Below the pieces are notes generated by a model that was not told where the DNA came from, searched no databases, and saw only the letters and a program-made list of their open reading frames with translations. The translations under genes were made by a program, and so were the position numbers. From an uncultured virus (IMG/VR IMGVR_UViG_2778261562_000001) (taxonomy: Duplodnaviria > Heunggongvirae > Uroviricota > Caudoviricetes), in IMG/VR virus record IMGVR_UViG_2778261562_000001: a stretch of DNA of 64,000 bases; one strand, written 5' to 3'. Of the stretch, positions 8,709 to 18,109 are shown piece by piece; the stretch's first letter is position 1, and each line of letters opens with the position of its first letter.

Positions 8709-10070
8709 ATGGAAGAAGAATTTGTACCGTCAATAGACGATGTATTAGGAACAGGCGTTGGTTCAGACCATGAAGATTATTCTAGTCAGAATAATAAGCC
8801 TGATGCTGATAAGAACAAAGATGGTGAAGGTGGGAAGCCTAAACCAGATACACCTAAACCTACTCCTAAGCCTAATGAAGGCGGAGATAACAACAACAGT
8901 GGTGAAGAAGAGGAAGATGATTCTAATTTATCTAGTGAAGATAAAATTGTAAATCTTCTTAAATCTTATAACAATGTTGATGGTTTAAATGACGCTCAAA
9001 AAGGTGTACGTCAAAGACTCCTTAACTCTTATAAAGGGGAAAGCTTTGACGAAAGTGGTAATATTATAGATGCAGATGGTCAAGTTATTAAGACTGCTGC
9101 TGAGATTTATGAAAAGCTACAAGCTCCTGAAGAAGCTCCTACAGTAGATGCCAATGGTAATCAGATTGATGAAGAAGGTAATATCATTAAAACTCGTCTT
9201 GAGTTAGCTGCTGATAAATCAGTAGTTAATAAAATGCATTTAAATTCAGAATATGAATTTGTAGATGATAAAGGCGCTGTTAAGATTTACGAAGATTCTG
9301 ATGAAGGAGTTAATGAATTTGCTAATGATATAGCTAANATTAGATTACAAGAGTTTAAAGANACTTTNTTTGGACAACACCCTGTGNTAAGAGAAGTGTC
9401 TAANCATCTTCTTACAGGTGGTACTTTAGAAAACTTTGGTAATCTAGTAGATTATTCTAANATTAAAACTGAAGANTTATCTAAAGAAGATAAGCTTAGT
9501 TATATNAGAGAGTCTTTTGAAAAAAGAGGACTTAGTAAAGAGAGGGTTGCTGATAACCTTCAACGTATTAAAGATGGTAATGCTGTTGATAAAGAATTTG
9601 ATTATGCTCTTGAAGATTTAAAAGCTATTCAGAAAACTGAACAAGAAGCACGAGATGCTAAGGTTAAACAAATGACTGAGCAAAGAGCTAGAGATAATGA
9701 AGAGCAATGGCGCAAAATANAAGACACTATTAAGAAAGGTAAAATTAATCAAGTTAGTATTGATGCTAAAGACCAAGAAGGTTTTCTTGATTATATTTCT
9801 AAACCTATTAATAGTAAAGGACAGTCACAAGCTGACCTTGATAGAGGTAAAGAAGATTTAGAAGCTAAACTTCTGTTTGACTTTTTTAGATATAAAGGCT
9901 ACGACTTTGAGACCTTTATTAATAATAGAGTTGGGTCGAAAAGAGTGGAAAGTCTTCGAGAGCAATTACTTAGAAGTGCAAAGATCAAAGAAGAAGATTT
10001 CAAACAAACTAATGTAAGTAAAGGTAATAGTGAACCTAGTGCAGTTAGTATTGAGGAAATGTTAGGTTAA
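8709..10070 (+). CDS. Acidic scaffold-like capsid assembly protein
   Basis: Disordered acidic/Pro-rich N-terminus, helical remainder, located between portal and MCP as in Crassvirales. Confidence 0.6.
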   Translation: MEEEFVPSIDDVLGTGVGSDHEDYSSQNNKPDADKNKDGEGGKPKPDTPKPTPKPNEGGDNNNSGEEEEDDSNLSSEDKIVNLLKSYNNVDGLNDAQKGVRQRLLNSYKGESFDESGNIIDADGQVIKTAAEIYEKLQAPEEAPTVDANGNQIDEEGNIIKTRLELAADKSVVNKMHLNSEYEFVDDKGAVKIYEDSDEGVNEFANDIAXIRLQEFKXTXFGQHPVXREVSXHLLTGGTLENFGNLVDYSXIKTEXLSKEDKLSYXRESFEKRGLSKERVADNLQRIKDGNAVDKEFDYALEDLKAIQKTEQEARDAKVKQMTEQRARDNEEQWRKIXDTIKKGKINQVSIDAKDQEGFLDYISKPINSKGQSQADLDRGKEDLEAKLLFDFFRYKGYDFETFINNRVGSKRVESLREQLLRSAKIKEEDFKQTNVSKGNSEPSAVSIEEMLG

Positions 10071-10094
10071 TTATTAATTATTAAATTTTTCAAA

Positions 10095-11600
10095 ATGAGT
10101 ACATTGATTAATCAAAGAGAATCAAGGGTATTATTTCACGAGAAGTTTGATGGTAATGGGTTCACTAATAATGAGTCTTTAGCTAAGATGCGTCTTACTA
10201 AAGCTGATACTCTTAACCCTACCATTACTCACCTTATGGGTCGTGAGAGTGATAAGTATCCTATGACTTTCTTAACGGAAGGACAAAAAGGTGGTTTCCG
10301 TAGAATCGATATTGAGAATATCGAGTATGATTGGCCCGCTATGGGTAAACTTAAAAAATCCGATGCTGTTGTATCGCATGAATATGCTGATACTGATAAT
10401 ATCGGTAGAGCTGGTGCTCCTGTGTATGTTGTTTTCAAAAGTAATTGGTTGAAGCAACAACACATGATTATGTCACCTAGTGGTACTATTGCGCGTTTAG
10501 CTTCAGGTAAACCACAAAAAGTATCTAATGGTTATCGTTATACCTTACAGTTGGTATATAGAGATGCTGATGATACTATTCCTTTTGAAGATTTGGCTAC
10601 CAATACTCGTTGGACTATGACAGGTGGTGCTCCTGTTAGTGAATCTTACTCTAGTGGTAACGAAAGTAACAAACAAGCTCCCGGTAAACTTAAAGGTCAA
10701 ATCTCTATTCTTCGTAAGAGTTACGAATTTGGAGGTAATATCTCTAATCGTACTGTTGAGTTTCAATTCAACATCAAAGGTAATAAGACCCGTTACTGGA
10801 TGCCTTGGGAAGAGTATCAGCATGAACAAGAGTTTAAAGAAGCTTGTGAAGAGCATATTTGGTGGGCTACTTATAACCGAGATAAATTCGGTAATATTAC
10901 CACTATAGATGAAGAAACAGGTTTTCCTATTCCTATTGGTGCCGGTATTGCTGACCAAATCCCTAACATAGATAGTTATGGTTTCCTTACTACTCGTAAG
11001 TTGACTAATACTATTGGTGACCTTCTTTACGGTGCTACTGATACCGAAAAAATGGACGTTGTTCTATTTACTGGTAAAGGTGGTATGAGAGAATTTAGCG
11101 AAGCTCTTATGAGAGACGCTAATGGTAATGGTAGTGGATGGGTACTTCAAGGTGCTGCTGCTGATAAGTTTGTTACAGGTGCTGCCGGTAGTAATAAACT
11201 ATCTTATGGTGCATACTTTAATCAGTTTAAACACATTGATGGTCATACTATTACTGTTAAGCACCTTCCTCTATTAGATAATGGTTCAAGAGCAGAGAAC
11301 TCTCCACCTCACCCTGTTACAGGATGGCCATTATGTTCTTATGAGATGTATTTTATCGATATGAGTTCTTACGATGGTATTCGTAACGTACAAATGATTT
11401 CTCAAAAAGGACGTTCTCTTGTTAGAGGTATCGAACAAGGTATGACCCTTATTAAAGGTAGTAGCTATGGAGATTACAATGGTAATGCTCTTCAATTAGC
11501 TACTGACCAAGATAAGACCGCAGTTCACTTCTTAAAGACTTTGGGTATTAATATTCGTAGAAATACTCACTGTTTAAAAATGTTCTGTGATTTAAGTTAA
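10095..11600 (+). CDS. Major capsid protein
   Basis: 501 aa, crAss MCP-like motifs (YPMTFLTEG, IPIGAGIADQI, LFTGKGGMREF, HIDGHTITV), biased codon usage, followed by a terminator. Confidence 0.9.
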   Translation: MSTLINQRESRVLFHEKFDGNGFTNNESLAKMRLTKADTLNPTITHLMGRESDKYPMTFLTEGQKGGFRRIDIENIEYDWPAMGKLKKSDAVVSHEYADTDNIGRAGAPVYVVFKSNWLKQQHMIMSPSGTIARLASGKPQKVSNGYRYTLQLVYRDADDTIPFEDLATNTRWTMTGGAPVSESYSSGNESNKQAPGKLKGQISILRKSYEFGGNISNRTVEFQFNIKGNKTRYWMPWEEYQHEQEFKEACEEHIWWATYNRDKFGNITTIDEETGFPIPIGAGIADQIPNIDSYGFLTTRKLTNTIGDLLYGATDTEKMDVVLFTGKGGMREFSEALMRDANGNGSGWVLQGAAADKFVTGAAGSNKLSYGAYFNQFKHIDGHTITVKHLPLLDNGSRAENSPPHPVTGWPLCSYEMYFIDMSSYDGIRNVQMISQKGRSLVRGIEQGMTLIKGSSYGDYNGNALQLATDQDKTAVHFLKTLGINIRRNTHCLKMFCDLS

Positions 11601-11625
11601 GTTAGTTTAGTTAAATTAGTAATGT

Positions 11626-11664
11626 AAAAAAGGGTAGGGATAATGTATTACCTACCCTTTTTTT
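11626..11664 (+). terminator. Rho-independent terminator after MCP
   Basis: AAAAAAGGGTAGG / CCTACCCTTTTTTT inverted repeat. Confidence 0.8.
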
Positions 11665-11680
11665 AAACAATAATAATGTT

Positions 11681-12628
11681 ATGAGTGATTTAGTATCTAA
11701 AGTTAAGCTTTCAGTTAGAAGAAAACCTATTAGTACAGGGGTTGTTGGTGATGACCCTACAGAGTACAAATTTGTTATAGGTTCTAGTTTAACCTCTACA
11801 GGAGTTATTAATTCTGGGTTAAATAGAGAAGAGTCTGTAAGATACCTTCCTGAAATTATAGGTATCAGTGCTGATTCTAATGATTGGAATTTAAGAGTAA
11901 AAGAATATTGGAGCAACATCAATGAAAAAGTACCTGCTGATGGTACTACCGCAGATGAGTTCCAAGGTAAAGTTTTAGAATTTACTGTTCAATTTGAAAA
12001 TGAACAAGATTATAAAGCTTTTGAAAATGCAGGTACTTTTGAAGAAAAAGGATTACTTGCAGAAAAAGGAAGAGTTATAGAAGGAGTACCTAGTTATGTA
12101 TTATTTAAATACTGTTTAAAGTACTCAAGAGTAGCTAATATTCCTGCTGATATGAATAAGAGTAAAAAGATTTTCTTTTACTTATATAGTAAGAAAGCTG
12201 AAAGTCTTGCTAAGCATAAAACCCTTAAAAGTCGTCTTGCTGCTGCAAACATTCTTGCTCAAAACCTTACTAAAGAGCCTGTTCTTGATGGTATTATTAG
12301 ATTGTTTGGAGACTTTCCTGAAGACTTCGATTCTATTGAAGCTAAACATATCTATTTACATGACAAGACAAATACAGCTCCTGATAAGTTTGTTATGTTT
12401 GCTCAAGACCCGAGTATTGTTATTAAAGAAGCCTTACTTAACGCTGTTAGAAAAGGTATTATTAAACAACCTCAATCTACTACTCTAATGTACTTTGGAG
12501 AAAACAATGAGGTGTTAGTTGGTAAAACTCTTGAAGATGGTGTTCTTTGGTGGAAAAATGCAAGTAACGACCCTAAAGTAGAAAATTACAAAGAGATTAT
12601 TAAATCTCGATTGAAAAACGATAACTAA
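11681..12628 (+). CDS. Conserved crAss-like protein downstream of MCP
   Basis: 315 aa, syntenic position, motif YLPEIIGIS...W..RVKEYW. Confidence 0.6.
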   Translation: MSDLVSKVKLSVRRKPISTGVVGDDPTEYKFVIGSSLTSTGVINSGLNREESVRYLPEIIGISADSNDWNLRVKEYWSNINEKVPADGTTADEFQGKVLEFTVQFENEQDYKAFENAGTFEEKGLLAEKGRVIEGVPSYVLFKYCLKYSRVANIPADMNKSKKIFFYLYSKKAESLAKHKTLKSRLAAANILAQNLTKEPVLDGIIRLFGDFPEDFDSIEAKHIYLHDKTNTAPDKFVMFAQDPSIVIKEALLNAVRKGIIKQPQSTTLMYFGENNEVLVGKTLEDGVLWWKNASNDPKVENYKEIIKSRLKNDN

Positions 12629-12630
12629 AT

Positions 12631-13695
12631 ATGAATGTCCAAGAGTTACATATAGGTCTTGATTTAGAGTTACAGGAAATCAATAGTGCTAGTACTAAAA
12701 ACATACTACCACAAGAGAAAGATTGGTTTCTGAATAAAGAGGTTATTAAATACCTTAATAGTAAAGTAAGTCCTAAGAACCGTAACAACTTGGGCTTTCA
12801 AGATAACTCATCTAACATTGATGTTACCGATTCTCTAGTTAATTATTCTGATTTTAAACCAATAGAAAAAGAAGGTAGGACTGTAATGGTTCTACCTTCT
12901 AACTATTTCAAGTATATCCGTTCTGAAGTTAGTGTTTCTAAAAGTTGTAATGATGATAACTTACAGAGAAAAAATGAAATTACTTATAGAGTTGATGTTC
13001 CTATTGAATTAGAATTAGACGTATTAACTAATTTTAGAATAGTAATCACTACTCCTAGTAATACTAGTATAACTTTATTTGATTTTTCCAAATTACCTTC
13101 AGGTTATATGACTAATCTTAATACTAAAAAGCAAGAATTTATGCTTATTAAAGCTATTAAGATTTTAGTTAATAGAGAACTTACTAGGCTCTTCGACACT
13201 AATTTCAACCTTTATTGGGAGAATATTGGTACTGAATATAATAGAAGAACTCTTATTATTACAAGTACTAGTCCTATCTCTAATGTTCAATTGTTCAACA
13301 ACTCTAAAAGCAAGGTCTATACTGCTATTCAAACTTCTAATTTCTACCCTGTATCAGCTAATCCTAGCTTGTTGGCAGACCTTAGAATAATAGATGATGA
13401 ATACTATACCGATACCTTAAAATCGTCGTTATCCGCACCTAAATCGGATTCTTTGACAGGCCGTAGGGAAAAAGGTCTAATAGTGTTAAATTATCCCAAG
13501 AGTGTTATAGTGAATAATGTAAGAATGTTCTACATTAGGAAACCACAACAGGTTGATTTACTTTTGAATAACGACCTTGATTTAGATCAGGAAAGTGTTG
13601 ATGAAATTCTTGAAAATACCGTTAGACATATTAAAGCTATTCTTAATAATGGTGATTATGAAAGGTATGCAAGAGAAACAATATTAGTAGAATAA
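12631..13695 (+). CDS. Putative head-tail ring/adaptor protein
   Basis: N-terminal MNVQELHIGLDLELQEI..ILPQEKDWFLN and C-terminal YIRKP, typical of crAss ring proteins. Confidence 0.6.
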   Translation: MNVQELHIGLDLELQEINSASTKNILPQEKDWFLNKEVIKYLNSKVSPKNRNNLGFQDNSSNIDVTDSLVNYSDFKPIEKEGRTVMVLPSNYFKYIRSEVSVSKSCNDDNLQRKNEITYRVDVPIELELDVLTNFRIVITTPSNTSITLFDFSKLPSGYMTNLNTKKQEFMLIKAIKILVNRELTRLFDTNFNLYWENIGTEYNRRTLIITSTSPISNVQLFNNSKSKVYTAIQTSNFYPVSANPSLLADLRIIDDEYYTDTLKSSLSAPKSDSLTGRREKGLIVLNYPKSVIVNNVRMFYIRKPQQVDLLLNNDLDLDQESVDEILENTVRHIKAILNNGDYERYARETILVE

Positions 13696-13710
13696 TTAAA
13701 TTTTAAACAA

Positions 13711-14697
13711 ATGAATAGAGTTGGTGTTTTAAAAGATGTTGCTTATGGTCTAAAAGCAGGTGGCGGTACAGTAGCATCTATCAATGAAGCTGCTGATTTA
13801 GCAGCAGGTGCAATGGCAGTCTTCGGTGAAAACGGAGTATTGCTTGCTGCTGATGGTTCTAATGCTGCGGCAGCTATGGGTGATTCTAAGGAAGTTATTA
13901 TAGCTTTCGGTAGAACTAATACTCCATTACTTGTTAACGTACCACGTAATGTGAAGTATGTTAATCTTATGAACTATCGTGCTGCTGTCAAGCCTACGAT
14001 TGTTATAGGTGGACAAACTGCTGATACTGGTCTTCCTTTTGATAACGAAGGTGAAGCAAGTATTAAAGTAGTTGATAATACGCATACTAGTCGTTACGGT
14101 CTTCCCGCTATTAAAGCTAGTGTTTACAAGACTCCTTCAATGACTATTGGTCAATTGATTACTAAACTTGTAAATAAATTGAATGCTGATACTACTCTAG
14201 GTGGTGTTACTGCTGTAGCTGCAAATACCGGTGATTATTACCAAATTTCTATTACTCCTAAAGAAAATATTGCAATCAATGTCGCTTTGAGTGGTATGTT
14301 TATGAGTGGTAAAATCGAACAAACTGTAGATGCTGTTTATCCTATGGGTACAGGTTCTCAAATCAAAGAACTTGAATTTGAAGCTTCTGTAGAAATGGGT
14401 AACCAAGCTTATACAGAACATACTACCGATTGGTATAAAGATGTGTTAGAAACTAACACCGCTGCCAATTATGATGTTATTACTATTGGTTATGATGCAT
14501 GGCATCAAGGGCCAACTACTAAACGTCATGTAATGGCTAAAGCTTTACAAATTGCTGCTGTAAATGGAGCTACTGTAGATGCTGATGCTATCATGGCTAT
14601 TCTAGCAAATGTTTTCCCTAACTATGCTAGTGAAACTGAAGGTCAAGAAATCGTTGCTGACGATGGTACTGAACTTGATGGTGTAGCCGGAAATTAA
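13711..14697 (+). CDS. Putative auxiliary capsid (decoration) protein
   Basis: 328 aa, Ala/Gly/Thr-rich, MCP-like codon bias, followed by a terminator. Confidence 0.55.
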   Translation: MNRVGVLKDVAYGLKAGGGTVASINEAADLAAGAMAVFGENGVLLAADGSNAAAAMGDSKEVIIAFGRTNTPLLVNVPRNVKYVNLMNYRAAVKPTIVIGGQTADTGLPFDNEGEASIKVVDNTHTSRYGLPAIKASVYKTPSMTIGQLITKLVNKLNADTTLGGVTAVAANTGDYYQISITPKENIAINVALSGMFMSGKIEQTVDAVYPMGTGSQIKELEFEASVEMGNQAYTEHTTDWYKDVLETNTAANYDVITIGYDAWHQGPTTKRHVMAKALQIAAVNGATVDADAIMAILANVFPNYASETEGQEIVADDGTELDGVAGN

Positions 14698-14736
14698 TTT
14701 GAGTGATTAAGGGTTAGAGATTAATAAATAATGTAG

Positions 14737-14768
14737 AAATGCCCTTAACGTTGTGTTAAGGGCATTTT
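14737..14768 (+). terminator. Rho-independent terminator
   Basis: AAATGCCCTTAAC / GTTAAGGGCATTT perfect 13-bp stem. Confidence 0.8.
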
Positions 14769-14779
14769 AGTAATAGGAT

Positions 14780-16198
14780 ATGGCAATACAAAGAGTTTTT
14801 ACGGAATCTAAAGATGTTTATACTTTAAAGGTATTACAAGATACCCAAGTAAAACTAGAGTATGTTAGTGATTTAACTACTATTGTACTAGATAAAATGG
14901 TATATAGTGGTAACACTATTACTTTACCTACATCTAAAGATGGGTTCTACAAAATAACATTATCTGCTCCTAATAATACAGATGTTATTATAGATTTTGA
15001 AGTTGTTAATAATTTACAATTATCTGTTATTTCAGATATTTGTTCTATTCTTGTTAATACTAAATACACTTCAAAAGCTTGTAGCGTAGAATCTAAAACA
15101 GGTATAGATTTGATGAACTTCAAAAACATCATGTCTAAATTACTTGTATTGGAAACATTATGGTTTCCGAAGATTGGGGAGAACCTTACAATCTTTTTTA
15201 ATCAGTACTTAGTTAAACTTGTAGAAAAAGATAAGTTTAGATTTTATACTNATATTACTACTATTCTTAATGAAGAGTGTTCTTATGGAGATAGTAAATT
15301 AAATTCTCAATTGTTTAAAACATTCCTTATCTACTATTATATAGGTATGTATAATATAGATAAGAATATAGCAGGTAGTAATGTAGATGAGCTTGCTTAT
15401 GTAGAGGATAAATATTCTTTAAAGAAAATTGTTCCTATACTAAATGATTATTGTATTACTCTTACAGAAGCTAATACAGTATTTTCTCAAATTACTTCTG
15501 CTAATACTCCACCTACAGTTGATGATTATGAAATTGTTATTCCTGACTTTTTGCCAGGTAATCAATTTGAATACGATTTTACTGGTGATGAGTTTACTGA
15601 AAACTTTACTGATATTCAAGGTAATCTTCCTTTGAATATTAGATTTTTTGCTTTACCTGTTAGAGGTGATATAACTTTTAAAGGAAACCCTGTAACTAAA
15701 GGAACTCCTTATCCTTTTGAAGAAGTTACTGAATTTCATTATTCAGGGGTAATTGAAGTTAATGAAGATATATTTGATTTAATCATATTTCAAATTAGTG
15801 ATGATAACGTTAATGAAACTTATAGTGATATGGCAACTGTAACAATGAACAGTGGAGAGTATGTTAATAAACCTATCTCTCAATTAGGTAACCTTACTGT
15901 TACTAAGGATAATAGAACATCTACTGTGTACACTATTAACCACTTTACTACTCAACTTAACCCACCTTATGAAGACCCTGAAGGAGATTCTTTGGATGCT
16001 ATTAGAATTGATAGTTTACCAACTCAAGGTGGTACTTTAACATTGAATGGTACTGCTGTAACTATAGGACAAATTATAAGTGCTGCTGATATTAATGCTG
16101 GATTACTAGTATTTAATCCACCTAATCAGAATGCTGCTGCTAGTAGTGTATTCAGTTTCTCTGCTAGAGATACAGGTTCACTAACATTCGTAAGCTAA
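14780..16198 (+). CDS. Virion fibre-anchoring protein with two C-terminal cadherin/Ig-like domains
   Basis: Repeats NTPPTV..FTDIQG..LP.RG..FQISD and NKP..YEDPEGD..LPTQGG..FSARD. Confidence 0.65.
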   Translation: MAIQRVFTESKDVYTLKVLQDTQVKLEYVSDLTTIVLDKMVYSGNTITLPTSKDGFYKITLSAPNNTDVIIDFEVVNNLQLSVISDICSILVNTKYTSKACSVESKTGIDLMNFKNIMSKLLVLETLWFPKIGENLTIFFNQYLVKLVEKDKFRFYTXITTILNEECSYGDSKLNSQLFKTFLIYYYIGMYNIDKNIAGSNVDELAYVEDKYSLKKIVPILNDYCITLTEANTVFSQITSANTPPTVDDYEIVIPDFLPGNQFEYDFTGDEFTENFTDIQGNLPLNIRFFALPVRGDITFKGNPVTKGTPYPFEEVTEFHYSGVIEVNEDIFDLIIFQISDDNVNETYSDMATVTMNSGEYVNKPISQLGNLTVTKDNRTSTVYTINHFTTQLNPPYEDPEGDSLDAIRIDSLPTQGGTLTLNGTAVTIGQIISAADINAGLLVFNPPNQNAAASSVFSFSARDTGSLTFVS

Positions 16199-16830
16199 TG
16201 GCTACAGTAACAATGATAAACAATAGAGCTGCTATACCTCCTGTAGCAGTTCTTCGTTTTGAAGATGGTACTAAAGGAGATAAGACAATTACGGCTGCTA
16301 GCTATACTGTCTTATTAGATGGTAGTGCTAGTTACGATGTTGATGGTCCTATTTTATCTTATCAATGGGAGGAACAAATTAATTCGGGTGCATGGAATAT
16401 ATTTAATTCTAGTACTGAAAACAAAGCTTTTAGAATTATAAGAAATGAAGCATCCTATAAATACAGAGTCAGAGTTCGTGATAACTCTAATTTGTCTGCT
16501 GTATCTAATATACTTACAGTTAATTTAAATCATCCTGTTACAAATACTATTATAGCTAGAATTAATAATGATTCAAATAACGCTGTAGTAAACTCTAATG
16601 GATTTGCTTTTGAATTAGATGGAACAGGAAGTACAACTAGTAATACTAATATTGTCACTTATCAATGGACAGTAATAAGTGCTACTACTAATAATTACAA
16701 AATTCAAAACGCATCAGGTAGTGTCTCCAATCTTCTTTTTACAGGGGAATGTACTATAGATGTTAGACTTAAAGTTATTGATAATTTAGGCTATAGTGAT
16801 ACTGTAGATGTTCAAGTTATAAATTCGTAA
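16198..16830 (+). CDS. Tandem PKD/Ig-like domain protein
   Basis: LDGSASYDVDGPILSYQW and LDGTGS...IVTYQW motifs; starts MATVTMINN. Confidence 0.75.
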   Translation: MATVTMINNRAAIPPVAVLRFEDGTKGDKTITAASYTVLLDGSASYDVDGPILSYQWEEQINSGAWNIFNSSTENKAFRIIRNEASYKYRVRVRDNSNLSAVSNILTVNLNHPVTNTIIARINNDSNNAVVNSNGFAFELDGTGSTTSNTNIVTYQWTVISATTNNYKIQNASGSVSNLLFTGECTIDVRLKVIDNLGYSDTVDVQVINS

Positions 16831-16831
16831 T

Positions 16832-18106
16832 ATGGCAACGGTTACAATGATAAATAATGCTAATACTGATGGTTGGATTAATCTAACTACTTTTAGCAAT
16901 AATAGTAATTTTAAAGAAGGAGTAGCTCATTCTTTACGTCTAAAAACTATTGAAGGAGAAATTACTGTAGATTGGGGTGATGGATTTGTAGGTACTTATG
17001 CATCTAGTGATAATCTTATTACTCATACAATGCTTCAAGAATCGGAATTGATTAGATTTAAATCTAGTCATGGTTTACCTGACTTTACTCATGTAGAAAT
17101 ACGTTATTTTGCTTTTTCTTATGAAGTATTACCTTGTACTACTTTTTCACCTTTAGTCAATCTTGAGGTTTTAATTATAAACTCTTTTAAATTAGAAGGA
17201 GATGCAAACGATTTACCATCTACTTTAAAAGATTTATATGGAAGTGTAGCTTTAAAAGGGGATTTATTTAATGATTTGCCTAATCTTGAAAGAGTAGGTT
17301 TAAGAGGGTATGATACAGGTTTAACTGTTGACTTAAATAACTGTCCTAATAATCTTATAGAACTATTTGTTAACGATAATTGTTTTATTACTGGTCAACT
17401 TATAAATCTTCCTACTACTGTAATAGGATTACAACTTTCTACTACTGATGCCAGTTCTGATGTAATAGGGAGTTTATCTACTTTACATGAAGGGTTATTA
17501 TTAGCTTTATTTTTAGATAATGTAGGTATATCAGGAGATATTAACGATATTCCTGATAGTCTTGTATTAATTGCTAGTGGAATATCCACTATTTATGGTG
17601 ATGTAGGAACTATTACATCTACTGAACTTAAATCGATTCAAACTTCAGATAGTGGGTCTTTTTTAGAAGGGGATTTAAATACTCTTCCTGTTAATGTAAA
17701 TATCATATTTCTTAATGCAAGTAGTTCAGATATAACAGGAAACGTTACTACGATGTTAAACAGAATTGTTCCTAGTGAAATTAATTTATCTGAAATAAAA
17801 AGTAGTTATACTGTTACTCCACCTATTGTACAATTATATATTAAAGGTGATGCTGTTATGAGTATATCTTCAGGATTATCTATAAATCAACCTACTGCTA
17901 AATATAATGTACATTTAGAAGGAGGAAATTCAACTATTACAGCAGGTCAACTAGACCAATTCTTAATAGATTTGGATAATAGTAACTTTATTAAACAAGG
18001 TTCAGTTTTTACTCTTAAAGGAAATATACCACCAAGAACTGCTACATCCGATGCTGCTTATGCTAGTTTAATTGCAGATGGTGTACTAATTTATTTAAAT
18101 ACTTAA
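16832..18106 (+). CDS. Beta-solenoid/LRR-like putative receptor-binding protein
   Basis: VDWGDG PKD-like motif, then about 22-aa repeats of G(D/N)LxxLPxxL type; starts MATVTMINN. Confidence 0.65.
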   Translation: MATVTMINNANTDGWINLTTFSNNSNFKEGVAHSLRLKTIEGEITVDWGDGFVGTYASSDNLITHTMLQESELIRFKSSHGLPDFTHVEIRYFAFSYEVLPCTTFSPLVNLEVLIINSFKLEGDANDLPSTLKDLYGSVALKGDLFNDLPNLERVGLRGYDTGLTVDLNNCPNNLIELFVNDNCFITGQLINLPTTVIGLQLSTTDASSDVIGSLSTLHEGLLLALFLDNVGISGDINDIPDSLVLIASGISTIYGDVGTITSTELKSIQTSDSGSFLEGDLNTLPVNVNIIFLNASSSDITGNVTTMLNRIVPSEINLSEIKSSYTVTPPIVQLYIKGDAVMSISSGLSINQPTAKYNVHLEGGNSTITAGQLDQFLIDLDNSNFIKQGSVFTLKGNIPPRTATSDAAYASLIADGVLIYLNT

Positions 18107-18109
18107 AAA

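Noticed and set aside
4084..11600. Introns or inteins in terL, portal or MCP
   Set aside because: ORFs are continuous, of expected size, and show no intein or intron motifs
16190..16200. Frameshift fusion of 14780 with 16198
   Set aside because: No slippery heptamer; TAATG is an ordinary coupled stop-start, and the same N-terminus recurs in 16832, which cannot be fused this way
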